A stretch of DNA of 64,000 nt from Amoebidium appalachense. Its lineage: Eukaryota; Protista; Ichthyosporea. The position numbers and the translations under genes were made by a program. The stretch covers positions 7,999,794-8,063,793 of the forward strand of contig CAVNZM010000010.1 of assembly GCA_963693365.1 (NCBI GenBank), read 5' to 3'. Position 1 is the first letter of the stretch. Each line of letters opens with the position of its first letter. The notes under the pieces were generated by a model. That model was not told where the DNA came from and ran no database searches. It saw nothing but the letters and a program-made list of their open reading frames with translations. Positions 41,520-53,400 of this stretch are shown piece by piece.

Positions 41520-44385
41520 GCCCCCACATCCCCAACTGTGTGCTGAATATCCCGTGCTAGGAAACCAATAACGTGAAAGTAACACATGCCGCATGTGGGT
41601 AGTTATTGAAAAAACCAATAATGTCTAGGTAACATACTATGTACATATACTATGCTACAAAGGGGGTTCTATACGAGCTACAACGTTGTGTTTTTTTCGT
41701 GTGACCCTCGTACTCCAGGGGCACATTCACCATCCCCCCCATAAACTTTGTGGTAAAGTTCTCGTGCTAGAAGCTGTTCTGTGGGTAGTTATTGAAAAAA
41801 CGAATAATGTCTAGGTAACACATGTACATATGCTATGCTACAAGGGGGTTCTATTCGAGCTACAATGTTGTGTTTTTTTTGTGTGACCCTCGTACTCCAG
41901 GGGCACATTCACCATCCCCCCCATAAACTTTGTGGCAAATCTCTCGTGCTAGAGGCTGTTCTGTGGGTAGTTATTGAAAAACCAATAATGTCTAGGTAAC
42001 GTATGTACATATACTATGCTACAAGGGGGGTTCTATACGAGCTACAACGTTGTGTTTTTTTCGTGTGACCCTTGTACTCCAGGGGTACATTCACCATCCC
42101 CCCCATAAACTTTGTGGTAAATGTCTCGTGCTAGAAGCTGTTCTGTGGGTAGTTATTGAAAAAACCAATAATGTCTAGGTAACACATGGACATATACTAT
42201 GCTACAAGGGGGTTCTATTCGAGCTACAATGTTGTGTTTTTTTCGTGTGACCCTCGTACTCCAGGGGCACATTATCCATCCCCCCCATAAACTTTGTGGT
42301 AAATTTCTCGTGCTAGAAGCTGTTCTGTGGGTAGTTATTGAAAAAACAATAATGTCTAGGTAACATACTATGTACATATACTATGCTACAAGGGGGGTTC
42401 TATACGAGCTACAACGTTGTGTTTTTTTCGTGTGACCCTCGTACTCCAGGGGCACATTCCCCATCCCCCCCATAAACGTTGTGGTAAATCTCTCGTGCTA
42501 GAGGCTGTTCTGTGGGTAGTTATTGAAAAACCAATAATGTCTAGGTAACATATGTACATATACTATGCTACAAGGGGGGTTCTATACGAGCTACAACGTT
42601 GTGTTTTTTTCGTGTGAACCTCGTACTCCAGGGGCACATTCACCATCCCCCCCATAAACTGTGTGGTAAATTTCTCGTGCTAGAAGCTGTTCTGTGGGTA
42701 GTTATCGAAAAAACCAATAATGTGTAAGTAACACATGTGCATATATTATGCTACAGGGGGGGTTCTATTCGAGCTACAACGTTGTGTTTTTTTTGTGTGA
42801 CCCTCGTACTCTAGGGGCACATTCACCATCCCCCCCATAAACTGTGTGGTAAATGTCTCGTGCTAGAAGCTGTTCTGTGGGTAGTTATTGAAAAAACCAA
42901 TAATGTCTAGGTAACACATGTACATATACTATGCTACAAGGGGGGTTCGATACGAGCTACAACGTTGTGGTTTTTTCGTGTGCCCCTCGTACTCCAGGGG
43001 CACATTCACCATCCCCCCCATAAACGTTTTGGTATATTTCTCGTGCTAGAGGCTGTTCTGTGGGTAGTTATTGAAAAACCCAAAAATGTCTAGGTAACAC
43101 ATGGACATATACTAAGCTACAAGGGGGGTTCTATACGAGCTACAACGTTGTGTTTTTTTCGTGTGACCCTCGTACTCCAAGGGCACATTCACCATCCCCC
43201 CCATAAACTGTGTGGTAAATGTCTCGTGCTAGAAGCTGTTCTGTGGGTAGTTATCGAAAAAACCAATAATGTGTAAGTAACACATGTACATATACTATGC
43301 TACAAGGGGGGTTCTATACGAGCTACAACGTTGTGTTTTTTTCGTGTGACCCTCGTACTCCAGGGGCACATTCACCATCCCCCCCATAAACGTTGTGGTA
43401 AATGTCTCGTGCTAGAAGCTGCTCTGTTGGTAGTTATTGAAAAAACCAATAATGTGTAAGTAACACATGTACACATATTATGCTACAAGGGGGGTTCTAT
43501 TCGAGCTACAACGTTGTGTTTTTTTCGTGTGACCCTCGTACTCCAGGGGCACATTCACCATCCCCCCCATAAACTCTGTGGTAAATTTCTCGTGCTAGAA
43601 GCTGTTCTGTGGGTAGTTATCGAAAAAACCAATAATGTCTCAGTAACACATGTACATATACTATGCTACAAGGGGGGTTCTATTCGAGCTACAACGTTGT
43701 GTTTTTTTCGTGTGACCCTCGTACTCCAGGGGCACATTCACCATCCCCCCCATAAACTGTGTGATAAATGTCTCGTGCTAGAAGCTGTTCTGTGGGTAGT
43801 TATTGAAAAACCCAAAAATGTCTAGGTAACACATGTACATATATTATGCTACAAGGGGGGTTCTATTCGAGCTACAACGTTGTGTTTTTTTCGTGTGACC
43901 CTCGTACTCCAGGGGCACATTCACTATCCCCCCCATAAACTTTGCGGTAAATGTCTCGTGCTAGAAGCTGTTCTGTTGGTAGTTATTGAAAAAACCAATA
44001 ATGTGTAAGTAACACATGTACATATACTATGCTACAAGGGGGGTTCTATTCGAGCTACAAACTTGTGGTTTTTTGGTGTGGCCCTCGTACTCCAGGGGCA
44101 CATTCACCATCCCCCCCATAAACTTTGTGGTAAATATCTCGGGCGAGAGGCTGTTGTGTGGGTAGTTATTGAAAAAACCAAAAATGCCTAGGTTGAACAC
44201 ATGGACATATACTATGCTACAAGGGGGGTTCTATACGAGCTACAACGTTGTGTTTTTTTCGTGTGACCCTCGTACTCCAAGGGCACATTCACCATCTCCC
44301 CTTATAATTTGTGGTGAATTTATCGTGCTAGAAGCTACTCTGTGGGTAGTTAGTGAAAAAACCCGATGCTTATAAGTAACGCATG
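41520..44385. repeat. Tandem satellite, ~183-bp unit, about 15-16 copies
   Basis: TGTGGGTAGTTATTGAAAA...CTCGTGCTAGAAGCTGTTC recurs every ~183 bp from 41594 to 44341. Confidence 0.95.
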
Positions 44386-44436
44386 CACAAATTGTCATCA
44401 TAGCATTATACTACCATAGTAGTTGGTCGACAATAA

Positions 44437-44609
44437 CGATATATTGGGAACGTGGACACCATATTGTAAACCAAAAAATAATAACACCATAATATACTAC
44501 ACATACCTAACAATGTATTGTGAATGAATAAAATACTTGCTTACGTGCTGGTAAAATACGAGAAACAAGGATTCTCTCGCTCTTTTTTTCTTTCTTTTTT
44601 GTTTGTTTT

Positions 44610-44676
<67 letters not shown>

Positions 44677-45209
44677 AGGGGGGGGGGGGGGGGGGGGTAT
44701 ACCCCCATACGATATTATAGTGATCTCATTATATGCCCCATACGACCACCATAAGGATCGCTAGTTATACCCCCATACGATCATCATAGTGATCTCATTC
44801 TATGCCTCATACGATCATCATAATGATCACATACCAATATCCATACGGTCATCATAGTGATCACAAGGAGATTATCTAACGGGCGCAACTGACATGTGAA
44901 TTCGTTTTTGCACGCCTCATGGAAAGCGGATGAGGCTCATCAGGTGGCCGCGTCTTAGGTATGTACAAATTCAAGTCTACTTTCCCTATGCACATTAAGA
45001 ATATAATAATAAATTTTTTAACACTACTTACCTAGGCGATATATTGGGAATGTGGACACCATATTGTAAACCAAAAAATAATAACACCATAATATACTAC
45101 ACATACCTAACAATGTATTGTGAATGAATAAAATACTTGCTTACGTGCTGGTAACATACGAGAAACAAGGATTCTCTCGCTCTTTTTTTCTTTCTTTTTT
45201 GTTTGTTTT

Positions 45210-45264
<55 letters not shown>

Positions 45265-45290
45265 GGGGGGGGGGGGGGGGGGGGGGGGGT
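44437..45290. repeat. ~250-bp direct repeat at a 600-bp period, enclosing short CATACGATCATCATAGTGATC repeats
   Basis: CGATATATTGGGAA.GTGGACACC...(GT)n(G)n at 44437 and 45037. Confidence 0.85.
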
Positions 45291-45812
45291 CGTTTTGCAG
45301 ATATATCGACTAGAGTCCCTCATCAGGGGACACATTCACAGTACTTTATTAAGATCGGCCTTCAAGGCCAAAAAAGCTCGATCTCGAGTAAGATTAGATA
45401 GCATTTTATGAGGCCGGCCAGGCCTTAAATACAAAAAGGAGAAAAAACAACACACAGCTAAACATAGATCTAATATTAGCTAAATCAATCGACACACTGG
45501 TACATTGCCTGGAGTAAACAGCGTCTATCCCACTGGTACATGTACTGTCATCATCCAACCAACACCCGTGTAGTACCTTTGTCAAGCGTTCCTACGATAC
45601 TACATAAGAGAAGAGAGGGTTATATGTGTACGTGTGTACGTGTGTACGTGTGTGTGTATGTGTGTATGTGTGAGGGAGGGAGGGAGGGAGGGTTGGGAGG
45701 GAGGGAGGGAGAGGGAGGGTTGGGAGGGAGGGAGGGAGGGAGGGGGGAGGGAGGGGGGAGGGAGGGAGGGAGGGAGGGAGAGAAAGAGAGAAAGAGAGAG
45801 AGTGTGCATGTC

Positions 45813-45853
<41 letters not shown>

Positions 45854-45917
45854 GTGTGTGTGTGAGTGCATATGTGTGCATGTGCATGTGCATGTGCATG
45901 TGCATGTGCATGTGTGT

Positions 45918-45960
<43 letters not shown>

Positions 45961-46429
45961 GGAGGGGGGAGGGAGGGAGGGAGGGAGGGAGGGAGGGAGG
46001 GAGGGAGGGAGGGAGGGACGGAGGGAGGGAGGGAGGGATGGTTGGGAGGGAGGGAGGGAGGGGGGAGGGAGGGAGGGAGGGAGGGAGAGAAAGAGAGAGA
46101 GACTGTGTGTGTGTGTGCATATCTGTATGTGTGTGTGTGTGTGCGTGTTTGCGTGTGTGTGTGTGTGCATGTGTGAGTGTACATGTGCATGTGTGTGTGT
46201 CTGTGTGTGCATATGTGCATGTGTGTGTGTGTGTGTGTGTATGCGTGTCTGTGTCTGATGTGTGGATGTCTGTGTATGTTGTGTGTGTGTGTATGTCTGT
46301 GTGTGTGTATGTGCTCAGTTGAAAGGGAAGGGGGGGAGAGGGGGGATGCACCGTGTGTGTGCATGTGTGCACGTGTGTGTGTGTGTGCTCTGTGGAGAGG
46401 GGAGGGGAGGGGGGGAAATGCACCGTGTG

Positions 46430-46490
<61 letters not shown>

Positions 46491-46634
46491 TTGTGTGTTT
46501 GTCTGTGTGTGCATGTCTGTGTGCGTCGTGTGTGGTGTGTGTGTGTATGTGCATGTCTGTGCATGTGTGCATGTGCTCGGTGGAGAGGGAAGGGCAAGGG
46601 GGGGATTCGTGTCCGTGCATGTGTGCATGTGTGC

Positions 46635-46676
<42 letters not shown>

Positions 46677-46907
46677 ATGTATGTGTGTGTGTATGTGCTC
46701 AGTTGAGAGGGAAGGGGGGGGGGGGGATGCACCGTGTGTGTGCATGTGTGCACGTGTGTGTGTGTGTGTGCTCTGTGGAGAGGGAAGGGGAGGGGGAGGA
46801 AATGCACCGTGTGTGTGCATATGTGTGTGTGTCTCTCTGTATGTGTGTGTGTGTGTGTTGTGTGTTTGTGTGTGTGAGCATGTCTGTGTACGTCGTGTGT
46901 GTGTGGT

Positions 46908-46975
<68 letters not shown>

Positions 46976-47103
46976 GGTGTGTGTGTGTGTCCCGGTGTGC
47001 ATGTGCGTGCGTGTGTGTGGAGTGCATGTTTTTGCATTGTGTGCGAGCATGTGGATGCCTTGGTGAGAACAAGATTGGACGGTGTCGAATGCTGTGTGTG
47101 TTA

Positions 47104-47141
<38 letters not shown>

Positions 47142-47315
47142 CTGTGTGCGTGTGTGTTTTTTTGGGGGGAGAGGGGTAGTAGGAGGACAAGAGAGGGGGG
47201 GGGGGGGGTGGTAAAGAATACGAGAGAAAGGGGTAGAATTTCAGACATGTGGAGGCTTGAGCAAAAGCAGGTTAAGTCCATAATGGGTGAAACCGGCGCT
47301 GGAACGAGAGGGGAA

Positions 47316-47346
<31 letters not shown>

Positions 47347-47915
47347 GATGATGTGTGCATTCGAGGGTGGCAGCCAAAGAAGCAAGTATCGCAAAGGACA
47401 TTGGAATAGAGGGACACAGGACCAAAACAGGATCAATGGGAGAAGAGGGAAAAAAATTAATAGTTATCGGGGAGGGATAAGAAGAAATACTGCAAGTAAT
47501 CGAGGCGAACAGGTATGGGGGGAACTGGGCAGGAAGAAGGGGGGGGGGGGGGGGGGGGGGGGGGGGAGTGAAGGACGAGAGGGTGGGTCACAAGACAGAG
47601 ATTATTCAGTACAGACTAAGGCTTCAGTCGGGAAGGGAGGGGGGGGGGGGGGGGGGGGAGGGGGGGGGAGGGGAGAGGAGGGGTGGGGGGGGGGTCATAA
47701 AAGGACAAGGAAAGGAGGTGATTTCAGCAACCAGTCGAGGCTTGAACAAGAGTAGGTGAAGTTTGTAACGGTTAGCAAAACTGGTGCTAGAACGAGAGAG
47801 GAAACACACAGTGAAACGTAAAAGAGGGTAGAGAGTTGAGAGGAAGAAGGGGAAGTTTGTGTGTGTGCGTGTATGCATGGGTGGGTGGGTATGTGTGTGG
47901 TGTGGGGGGGGGTGT

Positions 47916-48001
<86 letters not shown>

Positions 48002-48287
48002 TGTGTGTGAGTGGTTACACTGGCAGCGTCCGTGGTGATGGGTTTGGGGGGGAAGGGGGTGAGGGGAGTGAGGGATGTTTCGGAGAAAGAAAAGTATTGC
48101 AAGTAACAAGGGGGCATAAAGACATAGGACTAAAACAAAATGGAGGGGGAGGAGGGGGGGGATGCTGTAAACTTTGATGCGTCTCGGGGACGTGTGTAGG
48201 GACTGCGAGTTCTCTTAGATTTGCATTTCAGAATTTTTACTCTATTCCTCCAGGTTTTTTTTATATATTTTTTAGGGTTGGGTTGGG

Positions 48288-48324
<37 letters not shown>

Positions 48325-50015
48325 GTCAATACTTTCCTGTATTATCCTTTATGCTACTTCAAGTTTTATACCCTACCGCTTACACAGGATGTAGGCTGGT
48401 GAAAGGTTTAATGGTAGGACGTTCGGTGACGTTTGTACCACGGACCACGGGAACATCTTCCCCAGGAACAGTATTCAAAACAAAGGACTTTTATAATTTG
48501 AGGTGCTAAAAACGTGAGGACCACTTGTTATGGCCGTTGCCCTTCTCAATCTTGGTACGGAAATGCACCCATATTATACTGCAAATGTATTGTATATGAC
48601 GTGTGTATATCGTACAGGTACTGGTAGTATATTGATAGTACCTCCTACGTAATGATTTATTCGCATTCGAACATACTGGCAGTATATACTGAGACTATAA
48701 CCAATATATGGTGTCCTTAGCTGTGTCCGTATTGGTGACAGTATTATAGATGTATTCGTGACATTGCCAATACCACTTGTGCCTTAGATATTCTCAATAG
48801 GATAAAAGTTTTCTTGCTATATCATGTTTATGTCCTACTAATATGGATGTGATATGGGTAGGATATGATCTACATAATGTCAGTATATGTCCACCCTAAT
48901 ACCACGGTATTAGCAATGTACTGCGCATACAAGGACTACACTCCGAACATGTTTGTTGAACATGTGTTGGCAATACATTCACAATATTGCAACTACATAG
49001 GTAAAGTGACCTGTTCTTTCATCCCCAATATTGTACCAATATATTGGCAATAAAATACACGCCCCATATTTTCGGTTGCTTTTACCTATTGATAATAGGT
49101 GCATAATAGTCTTGATATTGTGACGGATACATTGGCAATACATTTGAACCGTATTGAGACCCTATTATAAGCATATCACAACCCTATAACCAATAGCGAC
49201 GTTATGTTTGTATCGGCCATATGGGACATATGTGTTGGGTATATTGCCAATAACCCAAAATGGTCAGGAATAATACATTCATAATATATTGGCAATAGTC
49301 TTGCCACGTTGGACAATACCATAATTTGACACAAAATTATCCTACATTTTATATATTCATAACTTATTGACAATACTCCGCAAGCAATAGTATAATACCG
49401 AATAAATACATTGACAATATCGAGATTGTATTGTTAATAGGCACACGTACACGCGTTTTGAGATATTGCCAGTACATTACTCATACGGTATATAGTTATT
49501 GGTGGTAGACCCGGCATGGTATGACAATAATATCAAAATATGTTGCCGATATTACGTCAATATTACAGTTCTATTACACTTCTATAGCGTCTCTACCACA
49601 GAAAATCTCTACTCGCAATACATTGGCAATGGATAATTGATATTACTTCAGTATTAATCTGGTATTTTTACGATATTGGCAATAGATAATAGCCTCACAA
49701 TATTGGCAATACCGCCGGGAAGTTTGCCTCGGCGAGCCCCCTCCCCTGTTCCTTTGCCTTCGTATTGGGCTTGGCGTGTGGGCTGTGGGGGGCACCGACA
49801 ACCCCCCTTCCCCCCTTCCCACTTTGTATATCGCACGAGTCATGTTCTGCAGTGGCGGCCAGGGCCGGCCCCCCCCCCCCACTACACGAATTCGCTCGGA
49901 TTCCCTCACTCACCCGGTGGAGTGTTTGGGACAATACATTACGGTCTTACGGTGTACACACGGTGTGCCTCTTTGTTCTGTGCTGGCCCGCAGTGCCAAC
50001 TGCTTGTGGCGTGTC

Positions 50016-50054
<39 letters not shown>

Positions 50055-50422
50055 TTCCCTCCCCCAACCCCCCCAACCCCACCCTGCCACCCCTCCACCC
50101 GCCCCTTCGATCGTGCATGCTTAACCTCGGTGTTACACACACATGCTCATACACACCCACACACTAGCGCACACACACGCACGCCTACACCGCGGCTTGT
50201 GCGCGCATACCCCCCCCTCCCCTTCCCCCGCCCTCCCTGCCAGCGCTGCATGCATCCTCTGCCCTTTAGCTACGCCCCCCCCCCCCCCCCTCCCCCCCCC
50301 CTTGTTTGCCTGCCTGTGCACCCGCTTGCCTGCCGCCCACCCCGCTCGTTGCCTTTACCCCCCCCCCCCCCCCCCCCCCCCGGGACTCTAGGCATGATGC
50401 TCACACAGCTCTGTCCCTGCAG

Positions 50423-53400
50423 GTGGCTTGCTCCCCTTTGGTGGCGACCATGGTAGGCTTGCCCAGTGGTTCACCCCCGAGGTTTTGGCCCGTGTCCCGG
50501 AGGTGGCCCGCACCATCACTCGGCTGTCAGTGGGCGACAGCACGGAGTCCTCCTACTCGTCCTACCAGCGCCAGTTTATCGACTTCATCTACGCAATGGA
50601 CTGCCGCAATCCTGATGGTGGCTACCTGCCAGCCTGCCCAGCCCAAGTGCAGCTGTTCCTTGCCTGGTGCGCCATGCGTGCGGTGCAAGCCCGGACCATG
50701 CCCAGCATCGTCTCCGCCGTCAACAGCCTGCACCGCAGCTTGGGCATGGCACCACCAGCGGGCTCCGGCCAGCAGAGCCTTCAGTGGTTTATCCGCGGGG
50801 CTGGCCGCTTCCTGCTGCTGGAAGGCAGCCACCGGCCCAAACGAGTGCTCGAGCCCCTCCTCCCAGCCGACCTCCGCGCCCTCCTCCCAGTCATCCAACC
50901 GGGCTCTTCATTGGAGGCCCTGTAAACAGTTGGACTAGTTAGGATAAGGCAGAGTACAACTGAATCAAAATAAAGACAGAGAACGGGTAGAAAGGCACAC
51001 GCGGCCAGGTTGCTTTTACTATGGGCCGACTCAGTCTGTCTCAGACTTCACTGATGTGATCCCCGTACTGGGACGGCTTTCTTATATAGCCCCCAGGTTT
51101 CGGATCAAGGCCCAGGATTGGTTCATCCGCGGCCAGCGCGGGTGGCAACATGCCATTCGTGATTCTGGTGCGGTCCGAGCCAGTCAGACCTTTGTCCTAT
51201 TTATGCAAACCTCTTATTGGTTCACTTCGTTTATGTGGTATGCAGCTGAAGAACCATATATGGTTCAATTCTTAGGTCAGAGTGAGTCCTATTGGTGCGG
51301 ACATAATATTTATGTGATATTCATGACAAAGCACGAATCGTGTGCTAGTAGATCACATTCTTTAGTAAACATGTACAGTTCATGTGTACAGTTGTTTACA
51401 CTCCCCCCCTTGTCGGGAGCCTGGTGGTGTCGTTAGACAAGCAAACCACCAGGCTGAGAGGCGATAAACAACCTTCAGCGAGAATTCTTGTGTGTGCCGA
51501 GCTGCTGGACAGAACAGAGCAAGGACGGTGGAATAGAGTTGTGCACGTCTATGAGCACTTCTTCATTTGCCAAAACGTAAATTCATGCAGCATTCTTCTG
51601 TGATTTCATTTTCGTGGCGAAGATTGTTGCAGAGTGTGCGTGCGAATAATTCGCTAAGCCTTCGTCTCTGTGCTTGGCTTTTCTGTAGAAGTAGTATTTT
51701 CCTTTTTGGGAATTTTTCCTTTTTAGGATACTCCCGCAGATTCGTTTTCAATTGCGAGTAATTTGGTTGTGTGGATGAATGATCATACCAAACATTCGAT
51801 AATGAATATAACTCGAGCCTTAGGTCACTTCGTAGCTCAGGTAGTGGTGGATAGCTTCAAGGCTTAGCCGCTGCTCCTTATCCCGGTTCTACCTTAAGAC
51901 TGTAAGGCGAGTCACCATGGCCGGAAAAGCCACTTCTTTCATGAACAAAGAGCACTTCTTTCCTTTCAGCTTTAACCCTGCATCATCGGAGCTGGGAAAA
52001 ACAGAATAAAAATGCCCAAGTGTTCTTCGTTGGGCGACATAAAGAAATATATCACCCGTCAGAACCAGTAAAAGCCCGGTTCATAATTCATAAGAAGAGG
52101 GTAGGCAAAGCAAGCCTCCTTCAGAAAACACATGCTTCCATTCGTGAGCAGTTTTCATATCCCATTTGCCAGCCATTTTCGTTGAGCAGGGGGATTCCAG
52201 GCATAATACATTCTTCTGGAGGCTTGGCCTAAAAAGAAAAGTCGTCGCAGTCGCCCTTTCTTTTGTAAGCAACTTCGTGAGCGCGCTTCGTATCTTCATA
52301 TCCTCCAGTGCAGGTCTGGATGGTGCCCCATCCTCTGCTTCATTTGTAGGTGGCCCTACTGTAGGTTCTGTTCGTTGTGTGGAATACCAAAACCATTCGT
52401 ATTCGTGGAACTGCTTTGTGCTGTGCTTGCTTTCGTGTTGGTGTTCATGAAGTTACCCCATTCACACACCTACTACTTTCATACATCAGACGTAAGTAGC
52501 TGCCTGGGGGGTGTGTGGTTCGTGTTCGTGGCATTCTTCTGTTCCTTCGTGAGAAGAATATTCGTTTTAGCAGAGGTGCCCAATAAGGCAGCTTGTGGGG
52601 TTGTCTCCCGCATGTGCCCATTGGTGGGGTATGCACGTGCTAAATTGTTACAGTGTCATCATATTGCAAGGGAATAACATGGTCACCTCCGTACCAGGGC
52701 CTAGTAGGTACACATGATGGTCCGATGTGTTAGTCAACAACACCTTGCATTCGTATTCGTATTCGTCTTCCACGTCACTTTCTTCAGTAGTGAAGGAGGG
52801 TATTCGTAATTCGAAACTGAAAGGCTTCCAGCCAAAATACTGACACTGTATGCTGGGGTTGTGAGGGAACGGTGCCCATACCACATTCTTTTGTTCTGGT
52901 GGGGGTGTGCCGGCAGCTAGTGCAAGGCTTGACAGTGTAATTGGTATGTTACACAGTATTGCCACAGACGGGCATTCACCTTAAAATTCGTACCCATGAA
53001 CAAAAGTTCTGCATCGACTTTATTACATGCCTTTTGTGCACCAAGAGTGCAAATTCGTTAGGGCGTGGCACCAGGAAGGGCCGCCATACATGAGGCATAT
53101 GTTCGTAATGTGTTTAGGCATGCCAGCATACATTCATGCGCATGTTGTGCATCCTGTGCGCTAAACTATGGGGCATGCTGTATTCGAAAACAGCAAGAAA
53201 TTCGAAGCATGCATGCAAAACTACTTTCACAGCACCTTATGTCCTCAATGCTATAGGAACAGCGACTATCTTCTTCTTTAAATGCATTCGTGCTGAAAGT
53301 GGCCGTGCATCTGGCTTGCGAGTGTGGAGGTGCATGCGGTGGCATGGACACGATGACAGTGTGCAATAGCGCAATGCACGCAAGGGCAACGGTTTTATTT

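Larger units (their letters stand above)
38462..49722. mobile_element. 11.3-kb non-autonomous TIR element without TSD (Spy-like), inserted in the Ngaro element
   Basis: Ends CTTCCCGGAAGTATTGCCAA ... TTGGCAATACCGCCGGGAAG; flanks AAA and TTT; ~1-kb AT-rich arms rich in TATTGCCAA/TTGGCAATA; no transposase ORF seen. Confidence 0.75.

Noticed and set aside
41520-44385. CRISPR-like array
   Set aside because: Units are contiguous near-identical monomers with no unique spacers, there are no cas genes, and the context is eukaryotic.
45592-47425. Long ORFs of 200-600 aa (HT/CV/PPSL-rich)
   Set aside because: Stop-free translation of (CA)n/(GT)n/(GGGA)n microsatellites; the same applies to most short ORFs in the track.
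51056-51436. 126-aa ORF duplicated at 54145
   Set aside because: It lies within the two Gypsy LTRs and has no recognisable domain.
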